From Macrostomum lignano (lineage: Eukaryota), in the NCBI GenBank assembly GCA_002269645.1, contig NIVC01001475.1, forward strand, positions 1 to 64,000: a DNA stretch of 64,000 nucleotides, in the 5' to 3' direction. The translations under genes and the position numbers were made by a program. Positions 63,915-64,000 of the stretch are shown here, piece after piece. Numbering within the stretch: the first letter of the stretch is position 1; the number at the start of each line of letters is the position of its first letter. Under the pieces are notes generated by a model. The model was given only the letters and a program-made list of their open reading frames with translations, made no database searches and was not told where the DNA came from.

Positions 63915-64000
63915 CACTCAGTCACTCACCTAACCACTCACTCACTCACCCAATCACTCATTCACTCACCTAATCACTCACTCACTCACTCACTCACTCA
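63915..64000. repeat. (TCAC)n microsatellite running off the window
   Basis: Direct reading. Confidence 0.9.

Overview
Eukaryotic, repeat-rich genomic DNA. The style resembles a flatworm such as Macrostomum, which is an inference. The main content is the 5' part of one large + strand gene, reconstructed by hand as 17 phase-compatible GT-AG coding exons from ATG 8609 to at least 63839 (5,258 nt, about 1,750 aa; the gene runs out of the window). It encodes a signal peptide, a WSC domain, about 1,100 aa of glycosylated beta-rich ectodomain and at least 4 PKD domains, i.e. a polycystin-1-like ectodomain. Every intron over 500 nt holds one or more tandem arrays. The 22.9-kb intron 12 splits one PKD domain and contains a 15.0-kb segment (41520-56519) bounded by 23-bp inverted repeats and filled with a 12-kb higher-order satellite whose monomers carry a copy of the terminal motif. 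Upstream lie a dead RTE-type non-LTR retrotransposon (head-to-head with the gene) and two MITE-like elements. Introns also hold a tRNA-derived SINE and a CORE-type SINE. Nearly all long ORFs in the supplied track are tandem-repeat artefacts. Nothing was aligned or searched computationally; repeat boundaries and copy numbers are approximate.
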